A stretch of 64,000 nucleotides of DNA from Chloroflexota bacterium (GTDB lineage Bacteria; Chloroflexota; Dehalococcoidia; UBA2979), in contig JAQCIU010000011.1 in the NCBI GenBank assembly GCA_027593235.1, positions 29,775-93,774 of the forward strand. The letters are read 5' to 3'. This document shows, one piece after another, positions 31,195 to 39,645 of this stretch (positions within the stretch are counted from its first letter, which is position 1; each line of letters opens with the position of its first letter). Position numbers and translations under genes: made by a program. The notes beneath the pieces were generated by a model. The model made no database searches, was not told the origin of the DNA, and saw only the letters and a list, made by a program, of their open reading frames with translations.

Positions 31195-32406
31195 GTGGCG
31201 ATGAGCGAGGGACCGTTGGACGACCTGAAGGTCGTCGAGGTGGCGAACTGGCTGGCGGCTCCCGGCGCCGCCGCGATGATGGCCGACATGGGCGCCGACG
31301 TGGTGAAGATCGAGCCGCCCAACGGTGACTTCTACCGCGGCTACCAGGTGTTCCAGCGCGGCAACGGCGGCGTGAACTTCAACTTCGAGCTGGAGAATCG
31401 AGGCAAGCGCTCAGTCACCGTCGACCTCCGCGAGCACGCCGGTGCCGAGGTGGTGCTGCGCCTCTGCCGCGACGCCGATGTCTTTCTCACCAACCTGGTC
31501 CCGGAGCGCTACGAGCGCTACGGCCTGACCTACGATGCGGTGCGCGAGGCGAATCCACGCATCGTCTACGCCGCCGTCACCGGCTACGGCACGCGCGGCG
31601 CGAACGCGAACAAGCCCGGCTTCGACGCCTCGGCATTCTGGGCGGCGTCGGGAATCATGGGGCTGATGGGCGAAGCCGGCGCGAACCCGGTGCACAGCCG
31701 CGGTGGGCAGGGCGACCACCCGACGGGGGTGATTGCGCTGGCCGGCATCCTGGCCGCCGTCCACATGCGCGACCGTACCGGCGAAGCGCAGTTCGTCGAT
31801 GTGACGCTGCAGCGGTCCGGCCTCTGGACGATCGCGGCTGACATGCAGCAGTACCTGGCCGGCCTGGGTGAGCGCACGAAGCAGGACCGCACGAAGCAGG
31901 GGATGGTGAGCTGGAACTCGTACCGCACCAGCGACGACCGCTGGGTGATGCTGGTGATGAACGACCCACCTCGCTACTGGGACCGCTTCGCCCGCTGCAT
32001 GGGGCACGAGGACTGGGTGGGCGACAGCCGCTACACCACCACCCCGCAGCTCCTCGATCACGGCGTGGCGCTGATCCCGGAGATCGACGCGATCTTCGCC
32101 GAACACGACCTCGCGTACTGGTCAGCCCGCCTCGATGAATACGAGTGCCTGTGGGCCCCCGCGCAGTCGATTCCGGAGGTGGCCGCCGATCCGCAGCTCC
32201 GCGAGATGGGCGCATTCGCGACCGTCGAGCGCCCCGACGGCAGCAGTTACGAGACGGTCGCCACCCCGTTCGAGATCCTCGATGCCGACGTGCGGCCTCG
32301 AGGCCCCGCGCCGGACGTGGGCGCGCATACGCACGAGGTGCTTAGCGAAGCGGGCTTCTCGAGCGACGAGATCGCCGCACTCGCCGAACAGCGGGTCTTC
32401 GGCTAA
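31195..32406 (+). CDS. CoA-transferase family III (CaiB/BaiF)
   Basis: LKVVEVA..LAAP, GADVVKIEPP, NRGKRS, PGFD, GDHPTG, GAHTHEVL. Confidence 0.95.
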   Translation: MAMSEGPLDDLKVVEVANWLAAPGAAAMMADMGADVVKIEPPNGDFYRGYQVFQRGNGGVNFNFELENRGKRSVTVDLREHAGAEVVLRLCRDADVFLTNLVPERYERYGLTYDAVREANPRIVYAAVTGYGTRGANANKPGFDASAFWAASGIMGLMGEAGANPVHSRGGQGDHPTGVIALAGILAAVHMRDRTGEAQFVDVTLQRSGLWTIAADMQQYLAGLGERTKQDRTKQGMVSWNSYRTSDDRWVMLVMNDPPRYWDRFARCMGHEDWVGDSRYTTTPQLLDHGVALIPEIDAIFAEHDLAYWSARLDEYECLWAPAQSIPEVAADPQLREMGAFATVERPDGSSYETVATPFEILDADVRPRGPAPDVGAHTHEVLSEAGFSSDEIAALAEQRVFG

Positions 32407-32439
32407 CGGCCTCTTCGAGGCTCAACGACCCTTCGGGCC
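32407..32439. repeat. REP-like double-hairpin element (copy A)
   Basis: GCCTC-TTC-GAGGC TCAACGA CCC-TTC-GGG immediately after a stop codon. Confidence 0.7.
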
Positions 32440-32441
32440 TG

Positions 32442-33647
32442 TTGTCGGAGTACCGAGGGCGGGGCGGGAGTATCGAGGAGGAACTGCGGGTGGCCTCGGA
32501 GTCCGGCGGAACGGCGGGGGAGATGCACGGGCCGGATCCCGATCGCGTGGTCGTGCGCTACGTCGGTGTCGAGGACATCGAGCCGATCACGGAGCACATG
32601 CTGCGCTGCTTCGATCGCTGGCCGCCATTCGCGATCGACTGTTCGGTCAGTGACCACCTGCACTGGAAGCTCTCCGCGAACGAGGAATCCTGGGCACAGC
32701 AGATCGTCGCCACGCTGGACGATGACCGTAGCTACGTCGTGGCGCTGGCAATCCGGATTCGACGCCCGGGCTGGCTGCGCGGTCGCGACTGCGTGGTGTT
32801 GGACATCGTCGATCAGTCGGTGCACCCGGACTGGCGGCAGATCCGCATCAACGAGAAGCGGACTGACGTCCGCGACCGCGATGGTCACGACACGCATGAC
32901 TTCCAGACCGCATGGCTGCCACACCACCCGGTGACGCGAAGGAGGAACCTGCGCCGCGCCGAGCTGGGCAACGCGGTCTTCGTCTTTTGGAAGCCGGCCA
33001 CCCTGCGCACCCGCTTCTCCGTGCCCTACCGCACCGCCGGTGCGCGCCACGTCGCGCGCGTGGTCCTCGACGACCTACGCCGCCGCGCGCGGCGTCTGTT
33101 TGAGGTGCTACGGCCGGTCCGAGGCAGCCCGTTCGCCGGCGAAGTCCGCGACCTGCCGCGCTTCGACGACCGCACCGACGCAGTCTGGGACGCCGCGAAG
33201 CCGTGGTTCGAGTTCTCGCTGGCGCGCACGCAGGACTACATGAACTGGCGCTACGCCGACCCGCGCTCCGGCCGCTTCCTCACCCGCGCGGTATTCGAGG
33301 GCGATCAGCTCCTCGGCTACTGCGTGACGAAGCCGTACGCGGACCCAATCGAGATCGTCGATGTGCTGGTGCGTCCCGGCCGCTTTGACGCGCTGGACGC
33401 GCTGATTGCCGATGTCGTCGCGATGAACGAGCGGACGGCCGCCGACGGCCGCGTGCGTGACATCCACTGCTGGCTCCCGGGACGGCACCCGTACGTAGCG
33501 GTGCTACGCGCTCGCGGGTTCCTCGATTCCGGGCGCGATCCGAGTCTGCGTTACCAGCCGAACATTGTTACGGCGGACGAGCTGGCATTCCTCGGAGACC
33601 CCGCGACGTCAGTCCACGTCACGCAAGGCGACTCCGACTTCGTCTGA
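32442..33647 (+). CDS. GNAT-like protein, paralog 4
   Basis: DHLHWKL, DQSVHPDWR, RTQDYMNWRYADPRSGR, GDSDFV. Confidence 0.75.
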   Translation: MSEYRGRGGSIEEELRVASESGGTAGEMHGPDPDRVVVRYVGVEDIEPITEHMLRCFDRWPPFAIDCSVSDHLHWKLSANEESWAQQIVATLDDDRSYVVALAIRIRRPGWLRGRDCVVLDIVDQSVHPDWRQIRINEKRTDVRDRDGHDTHDFQTAWLPHHPVTRRRNLRRAELGNAVFVFWKPATLRTRFSVPYRTAGARHVARVVLDDLRRRARRLFEVLRPVRGSPFAGEVRDLPRFDDRTDAVWDAAKPWFEFSLARTQDYMNWRYADPRSGRFLTRAVFEGDQLLGYCVTKPYADPIEIVDVLVRPGRFDALDALIADVVAMNERTAADGRVRDIHCWLPGRHPYVAVLRARGFLDSGRDPSLRYQPNIVTADELAFLGDPATSVHVTQGDSDFV

Positions 33648-33750
33648 CGGCACCTTCGGTGCTCAACGACCCTTCGGGGCGGCTAACGATCGTTTTGAGC
33701 TGGAGACGGCAGCGGCAGGCTCGAAGGGTCGTTAAGCGCCGAAGGCGCCC
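33648..33750. repeat. Inverted pair of REP-like double-hairpin elements
   Basis: GCACC-TTC-GGTGC TCAACGA CCC-TTC-GGG, then the reverse-oriented CTC-GAA-GGG TCGTTAA GCGCC-GAA-GGCGC. Confidence 0.7.
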
Positions 33751-34721
33751 TAGTCGGTGCGGAGGCGGTGCCCGGCCTCGATGACGCGCGCTGCTTCCTC
33801 GATGGTGGTTGCGATGATCGCGGCTGCGCCTTTGTGCTGTTTCAGCATGCCGGCGATCGGGCCGGCGTAGGCCGGGGTTGGGTCGTGGTTCTCGGGCGCT
33901 GCCGTCGGATCGGCCGCAAGAGCGGCCACCAGCTCAGCCTCGCGCGACGCCCAGCGGTCCAGGAACGGCGTTCGGATCGAACGTGCGCCGATGCCGTTGG
34001 GCCAGCGGGAGGTGCCGCCGCCCTGCACGATGTCGATCGCCGTGGTCCAGACGGTGTCGGACGACGAAGCCGCCAACACCTGGCCGGGCAGGTTGGGCCA
34101 CGCACTCGTTGCCTCGTTCGAGACGATGAAGCGGGTGCCCATCAGCGCGCCCTGCGCGCCCAGCATCAGTGCCGCGGCGAGCCCTCGGCCGTCGCCGATG
34201 CCGCCCGCGGCGAGCACCGGAATCGTTCCTGCGGCGTCCACCACTTGCGGCAGTAGAGGCATCAACGGGACGCCGCCAGTGTGGCCGCCCGCGTCGTTGC
34301 CCTGCGCGATGATGGCGTCGACGCCGGCATCGACCGCGCGCTGTGCGTCCTCCACAGTTTGCACCTGGTTGATCACCAGCGCGCCCGCGTCGTGGATACG
34401 CTGCACGTACGGCGTCGGGTCGTCGAACGAGAGCGTGACCGAGGCCACGCCGGTGGCGAGCACGGCATCGAGGGGCGACGAGTCGCCGCGCAGCGTCCAC
34501 GCGATGAAGTTGGCGCTGAACGGGCGATCCGTCAGCGCGCGCACCGCCTCGATCCGTTCGATTGCCCTCGGTGCGTCGAGTCGCTCGATCGCGACGGTGC
34601 CGATACCGCCGGCCTCGGCAACCGCGGCGCACAGCTCGGGGCCGGCGACGCCGCCCATGCCCGCGTTGCCGATCGGGTGTTCGACGCCCAGCAGATCGCA
34701 GATCGGTGTGTGGATGCCCAT
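33750..34721 (-). CDS. Nitronate monooxygenase / FabK-family flavoprotein
   Basis: EHPIGNAGMGG, QGNDAGGH, AAGGIGDGRG, MGTRF. Confidence 0.92.
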   Translation of the reverse strand: MGIHTPICDLLGVEHPIGNAGMGGVAGPELCAAVAEAGGIGTVAIERLDAPRAIERIEAVRALTDRPFSANFIAWTLRGDSSPLDAVLATGVASVTLSFDDPTPYVQRIHDAGALVINQVQTVEDAQRAVDAGVDAIIAQGNDAGGHTGGVPLMPLLPQVVDAAGTIPVLAAGGIGDGRGLAAALMLGAQGALMGTRFIVSNEATSAWPNLPGQVLAASSSDTVWTTAIDIVQGGGTSRWPNGIGARSIRTPFLDRWASREAELVAALAADPTAAPENHDPTPAYAGPIAGMLKQHKGAAAIIATTIEEAARVIEAGHRLRTD

Positions 34722-34839
34722 GGTTGCCGGCTCCTCGATGTGTCGGGACGGGCACCCAGTATGGCCTCCCGGATCGGTCGCCGTGGCCGCTCTTTCCTCC
34801 CGCAACGTGAGGCAGTGCGGTCATTCCAGGAGCGACGAG

Positions 34840-35050
34840 GTGCCACTGACGGTGGGTAGGGTCGCCCGGCTGGTCGGCGTGACGGCGTGCGCGTTGCGCG
34901 ACTACGAGGAGGCCTCGTCTGCCCACGCGCGCCGACCGAGGTCAGGCACTACCTCTGCGAAGTCATCGAGGGCACGCGGCGTTAGGAGGTGTTGTTTTTC
35001 CACGAACTGAGGATCGCGCTGGACGAGATCCGCGGCCGGGGCTACTTGAG
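34840..35050 (+). pseudogene. Degraded MerR/TipA-like regulator fragment
   Basis: LTVGRVARLVGVTACALRDYEE (MerR HTH), then LFFHELRIALDEIR in another frame. Confidence 0.6.
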
Positions 35051-35227
35051 GACGAGGTCGTCGCTGCGGCGGCCGGCGGAGAGCAAGCCCATGATGCTGC
35101 GGACCTGGTACGCGCACGGCTGGCAGTACTGTCGGCCGCTCTGCATGTACACGAACAGCCCACGCCGATCGCGACAGGTTGCACACCAGAGAAGGGGGCT
35201 GCGCCGCTCATCGATGTCGTTGTTCAT
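35042..35227 (-). CDS. Small putative zinc-finger protein (61 aa)
   Basis: CATC...CQPC; compact ORF that is not low-complexity. Confidence 0.55.
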   Translation of the reverse strand: MNNDIDERRSPLLWCATCRDRRGLFVYMQSGRQYCQPCAYQVRSIMGLLSAGRRSDDLVLK

Positions 35228-35352
35228 ACGTCATCATCGACGTGCCGGCGGGGTCAGCGCCGGGGCCTATGTTGCCGCGCGATCAGAGTTTCATTGAAAC
35301 CGGCGAGGTCACGCCTCGGGCCGGGCTGTTGCGTGGCGCGGGCTGCTTGGGG

Positions 35353-36201
35353 TCAGGGCGTCTCGCTGAACTCGTAGCCATCGCCGCGCGGGCGGAGGTA
35401 CCCGACGGCCGGGGCCTCGAAGTGGCTGGCGAGGATACGGGTCGCGCCGCCCGCCAGCCGTGCGTACAGCGCGAGCCTCGTCGCGAGGGCCTCGTCGCTG
35501 TCGCCGCCTTCGCGGCTGGCTGGAGTGGCGAGCGCGATCTTGTGGTGCACGACATCGCCGAGGATCAGCGCCTGTTCGCCGCCCGAATCGATCTGTACGC
35601 AGACGTGACCGGGGGTGTGTCCGTGCGTCTCGACGAGCCGGACCTCCTCGGTCAGCGTCGTGTCGGCGGGGACGAGGTCGAGCACGCCGTGCTCACGGAG
35701 TGCCACCAGCGGTGCCGCGAGCGCGCCGAACTGCTCGACGAGGGACCAGTCCGGTTCGCAGAGGAGGTAGCGCGCGTTCGGGAAGGTTGGTTCGAGCGCA
35801 CCGTCGATCGTGCGGAGGTTCCAGCCGGTGTGATCGGGATGCGCGTGCGTCATCACCACCTGGTCGACATCCTCGACGGATACGCCAGCGGCGGCGAGAT
35901 CGGTAATCAGATCCCCAGCGTCGACACGCCAACCGGGAATCATGCTGGCGAACGGCGAATCCTCGCCCTGGCCGGTGTCGACCAGGATCGTGCGCTCGCC
36001 GGATCGGACCAGGTAACAGCGGACCGGCACGACGATCCAACCATCCTCGGCGACGGTGACCTCGCACCATTCGCGGGTGGCGGCAATCACGGAATCGTGG
36101 TCCTGCCCGGGGATCCATGCGTCAGGCGAGCTCCACAACGCGGATTCGACGATCGGGGTGATGCTGACGTTGCCGATCGGGACGGTCGGTTCCAGGCTCA
36201 C
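35353..36201 (-). CDS. MBL-fold metallo-hydrolase
   Basis: LVDTG, THAHPDHTG, GHTPGH, GDVVH, SHF. Confidence 0.93.
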   Translation of the reverse strand: MSLEPTVPIGNVSITPIVESALWSSPDAWIPGQDHDSVIAATREWCEVTVAEDGWIVVPVRCYLVRSGERTILVDTGQGEDSPFASMIPGWRVDAGDLITDLAAAGVSVEDVDQVVMTHAHPDHTGWNLRTIDGALEPTFPNARYLLCEPDWSLVEQFGALAAPLVALREHGVLDLVPADTTLTEEVRLVETHGHTPGHVCVQIDSGGEQALILGDVVHHKIALATPASREGGDSDEALATRLALYARLAGGATRILASHFEAPAVGYLRPRGDGYEFSETP

Positions 36202-36326
36202 GGGTGGCTCCTCACACGCGACGACAGCGCGGCGCGTCCAGCCCTCGAGGGTTGGTGCTGGGCTGGTGGCGTGCGGCCGGATTGTGTGTGGACCGCGTCG
36301 CGGTCGTCAATGCGCGGTCGCCGGAA

Positions 36327-36887
36327 TCAGGCAGCGCGGCGAATGCGGATCCGACTGCGCGGGGTTGCGACCAGCGACAACGCTTCGAGTCCCTGACGGT
36401 GCCAGTCGTTCGCCTCGGTTGGGCTGACCGCACAGGTCACGGCGACCTGGTCGTTCGAGAGGCCGAAGAAGTGACGCAGGCTGACGATCTCGCGCAGGCG
36501 GCGCGGCAGCATGAACAGCTCCGCGACGACCGGGTCATTCGTTGCCAGTGCCAGATCAGGGGCGTCGTCCGGGTTCACCTCGTCGTGGGCGAAGCGGAGG
36601 AGCCAGAGATCGAACTCCTCGGGACGGTCGAGTGACGGCAACTCGCGCCACGCCCGGAGGAACACGAGGCGGAGACGCCGATCGCGCTCGCGCTCGTCCG
36701 GGAACGCGGGTGCGATATAGGTCGCCACCGATCGTGCCTTGGCGTAGTACAGCATCATGAACGACGCCGCGTCGCCCCGGCTGGCCGAGTCGATCGTGTC
36801 GACGGTGAAGCGGGCGGCGTGAGCGGCGCGTTGCTCGGGAGTGTCGTGCCGCTTCAGCGGGTTGCGGGGCAGCAGTGAGGAGATCAT
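36327..36887 (-). CDS. Degenerate ECF sigma-70-like protein
   Basis: Region-2-like GDAASFMMLY...VFLRAWRELPSL....FDLWLLRFA and region-4-like LPRRLREIVSLRHFFGLSNDQVA; ATGA overlap with the upstream gene. Confidence 0.6.
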   Translation of the reverse strand: MISSLLPRNPLKRHDTPEQRAAHAARFTVDTIDSASRGDAASFMMLYYAKARSVATYIAPAFPDERERDRRLRLVFLRAWRELPSLDRPEEFDLWLLRFAHDEVNPDDAPDLALATNDPVVAELFMLPRRLREIVSLRHFFGLSNDQVAVTCAVSPTEANDWHRQGLEALSLVATPRSRIRIRRAA

Positions 36888-39460
36888 GCGGACCACTCAA
36901 TCCGCTCGATGCCGCTGAAGTCGACGGTGCCCCCGTCGCCGACGGTCATGGTGCCGCTGGAACCGGGACTGAGGACCATGTAATCCGCTCCGCTCTCGAC
37001 GACCGAGCCACTTGAAAGCGAGTAGTCCCACGCTGGCGTTCCACCACCGTCGTCGTCCGCGATGCGGATCGTGTCGGTGCCGGATCCGCCATCGATCACG
37101 TCGTGACCGCTCGTTGAACCGACGTTGAAGACGTCGTTCCCGGACTCGCCCTCGAGCGTGTCGTTACCAGCGCCGCCAGTGATGACGTCGTTGCCAGAAC
37201 CGCCGCGGATCGCGTCATCGCCGGCCGTGCCGGTGATCGTGTCGTTTCCGGATCCGCCGTCGATGCGCTCGATGCTATTCAGTGCCGGTCCTGACGACAG
37301 GTCGATCACGTCGTCGGAGCTGGTGCCCGCGAGGGTGTCGAAGCCATTGCCACCATCGATCGACTCGATCGACTGCATGTTGGCGAGGTTCGAGGTGACG
37401 CGAATGGTGTCGTTGCCGGACGAGCCTCGGACCGTGTCGAAGCCGTCGCCACCGTCGAAGGTGTCGGTGCCCTGGTAGTGGCCAACCACCTCGAAGGTGT
37501 CATCGCCGCCGCCACCGAAGATCGTGTCGTCGCCGCCGGAGCCGCGAATGGTGTCGTTGCCGGACGTGCCGGTGATCGTGTCGTTTCCGTCGCCCCCGTC
37601 GATGCGCTCGATGCTGTTAATCGAGGGGCCAGAGGAGAAGTCGATCACATCGTCACCGCTGGTACCCGCGAGCGTGTCGAAGCCATCGCCCCCGTCGATC
37701 GACTCGATCGACTGCATGTTGGCGAGGTTCGAGGTGACACGGATCGTGTCGTTGCCGGACGAGCCTCGGACCGTGTCGAAGCCGTCGCCACCGTCGAAGG
37801 TGTCGGTGCCCTGGTAGTGGCCAACCACCTCGAAGGTGTCGTCGCCGCCGCCACCGAAGATCGTGTCGTCGCCGCCGGAGCCGCGGATCGTATCGTTGCC
37901 TGCGGTGCCGGTGATCGTGTCGTTGCCGTCGCCGCCGTCGATGCGCTCGATGCTGGTGATCGAGGGACCCGAGGACAGGTCGATTACGTCATCGGAGCTG
38001 GTACCGGCGAGCGTGTCGAAGCCATCGCCACCGTCGATCGCCTCGATCGACTGCATGTTCGCGAGGTTCGAGGTGACACGGATCGTGTCGTTACCGGACG
38101 AGCCGCGCACGGTGTCGAACCCGTCGCCGCCGTCGAAGGTGTCGGTGCCCTGGTAGTGGCCGACCACCTCGAAGGTGTCGTCGCCGCTGCCACCGAAGAT
38201 CGTGTCGTCGCCGCCGGAGCCGCGGATGGTGTCGTTACCGGACGTGCCGGTGATGGTGTCGTTGCCGTCGCCACCGTCGATGCGCTCGATGTTCGTGACC
38301 GAGTAGATCGAGGAGAGGTCCATGACGTCGTCGCCGCTGGTGCCGGCGATCGTGTCGAAGCCGGCGCCGCCGTCGATGACCTCGATTGATTGCATGTTGG
38401 CGAGGTTGGAGGTGACACGGATCGTGTCGTTGCCGCTCGAGCCCTGGACGGTGTCGTAACCCTCCATGCCCTGGAATACGTCGGTGCCCTGGTAGTGACC
38501 CGACGTGCGGAAGATGTCGTCGTTCGCGGTGCCGGTGAACACCTCGTCCGCGCCGGTGCTGACGAAGGTCTCACCAGGAACGGTTGGTCCTGGCGGCGGC
38601 TCGACGATGACCTCCGGCACGACCTCCGTTACGACCTCGGCGACTGGATCTGGGGCGACGTCGACCGGTCCAGCGTCCGGTACGAAGACGAACGCGGGCG
38701 CGGGGTCGCCGGCCGGCGGTGCCGGAGGTGCCGCGTCGACCGCCGGCGCGTCGAGCGGGGCGATCGATGGCAGCGGGTCGTGGTGATCGAGGTCCAGTCC
38801 GGGCACATCGAGGTCGGCAATGAAACCGAGCGGTGCGTCGGGCTGATCCGCCGACCCCGGCGCCGTCGGGAAGGGAAGCGGCGCGTGGCCGCCCACGGTG
38901 TCCTGCACCGGCACGGGCGCATCTCCGCCGGAGAGCAGCGAGGGGAGGGCGTCGGCCAGCGCGGGATGTGCCGCGGCGACATCGACGATCTGCGGAGCGA
39001 GGTCCTGGAGGTGCGGGGTCAGGCTGAGGTGCGGCCCGGGCGGTCCGCCGCCGCCGGGACCGTCGAGGAGCTGCACCGCGGCTGGCATGCCACTGTCGCC
39101 AGCTTGAGGACCGGAGGGACCATCCATCGCCGCGTTCGCGCCTGCAAGGCTGGTGAACAGGATCAGGCCACCGACGGCAGCGAAGCCGACCGGTTGCGCC
39201 TGCGCGGCGAACTCCTCGCCCAGGAGACGGACCATCTCGTGCTGCTGTGCGGTGAGCCCGAGTTCCGGCTCCAACGAGAGCCAGACGTGCTCGAGATCGA
39301 GTGTCTGTGACTGCGCGTAGCGTTCCAGCACCTCGCGGGTGCGGCGGAGCTGAGGAGCGAGTTGCTGCTCCGTGGCGCCCCGGAGCGCCTGGATTTGCAG
39401 CCTCACCTCAGCGAGATCGACGCGGTCGTGCAGTGCGTTGCGATCGATAGAGGTCGTCAT
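36884..39460 (-). CDS. Large RTX-like Ca-binding repeat protein with N-terminal helical domain, hydrophobic segment and Pro-rich linker
   Basis: Many GGxGxD nonamers (GGDGNDTI, GGDGFDTL); hydrophobic GFAAVGGLILFTSLAGA; ATG at 39460. Confidence 0.85.
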   Translation of the reverse strand: MTTSIDRNALHDRVDLAEVRLQIQALRGATEQQLAPQLRRTREVLERYAQSQTLDLEHVWLSLEPELGLTAQQHEMVRLLGEEFAAQAQPVGFAAVGGLILFTSLAGANAAMDGPSGPQAGDSGMPAAVQLLDGPGGGGPPGPHLSLTPHLQDLAPQIVDVAAAHPALADALPSLLSGGDAPVPVQDTVGGHAPLPFPTAPGSADQPDAPLGFIADLDVPGLDLDHHDPLPSIAPLDAPAVDAAPPAPPAGDPAPAFVFVPDAGPVDVAPDPVAEVVTEVVPEVIVEPPPGPTVPGETFVSTGADEVFTGTANDDIFRTSGHYQGTDVFQGMEGYDTVQGSSGNDTIRVTSNLANMQSIEVIDGGAGFDTIAGTSGDDVMDLSSIYSVTNIERIDGGDGNDTITGTSGNDTIRGSGGDDTIFGGSGDDTFEVVGHYQGTDTFDGGDGFDTVRGSSGNDTIRVTSNLANMQSIEAIDGGDGFDTLAGTSSDDVIDLSSGPSITSIERIDGGDGNDTITGTAGNDTIRGSGGDDTIFGGGGDDTFEVVGHYQGTDTFDGGDGFDTVRGSSGNDTIRVTSNLANMQSIESIDGGDGFDTLAGTSGDDVIDFSSGPSINSIERIDGGDGNDTITGTSGNDTIRGSGGDDTIFGGGGDDTFEVVGHYQGTDTFDGGDGFDTVRGSSGNDTIRVTSNLANMQSIESIDGGNGFDTLAGTSSDDVIDLSSGPALNSIERIDGGSGNDTITGTAGDDAIRGGSGNDVITGGAGNDTLEGESGNDVFNVGSTSGHDVIDGGSGTDTIRIADDDGGGTPAWDYSLSSGSVVESGADYMVLSPGSSGTMTVGDGGTVDFSGIERIEWSA
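37220..38560 (-). repeat. 339-bp (113-aa) tandem repeats, about 4 copies (first one partial)
   Basis: GHYQGTD.F.G...IRVTSNLANMQSIE..DGG recurs 4 times; near-identical antisense ORFs start 339 bp apart (37497, 37836). Confidence 0.92.
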
Positions 39461-39645
39461 CGGGCACCCAGATCCTGGTGACCGCGGGGAAACACGGTCA
39501 GGGGTTTCCCTGATCGTCGTCCGGTGCCGCTGATTCCTTGAGGAAATACGCCGAAGGCCGTGGATGGTGACCTCAGCGTGAGGGTACTGACGGGCGAGCG
39601 ATCGCATGCCGAACGGCCGGGCGCTGATGGACCGACGGTGGTTGG

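Noticed and set aside
37220-38560. Diversity-generating retroelement TR/VR pair
   Set aside because: The repeats are in-frame coding units with mostly synonymous differences, show no adenine-specific pattern and have no reverse transcriptase nearby
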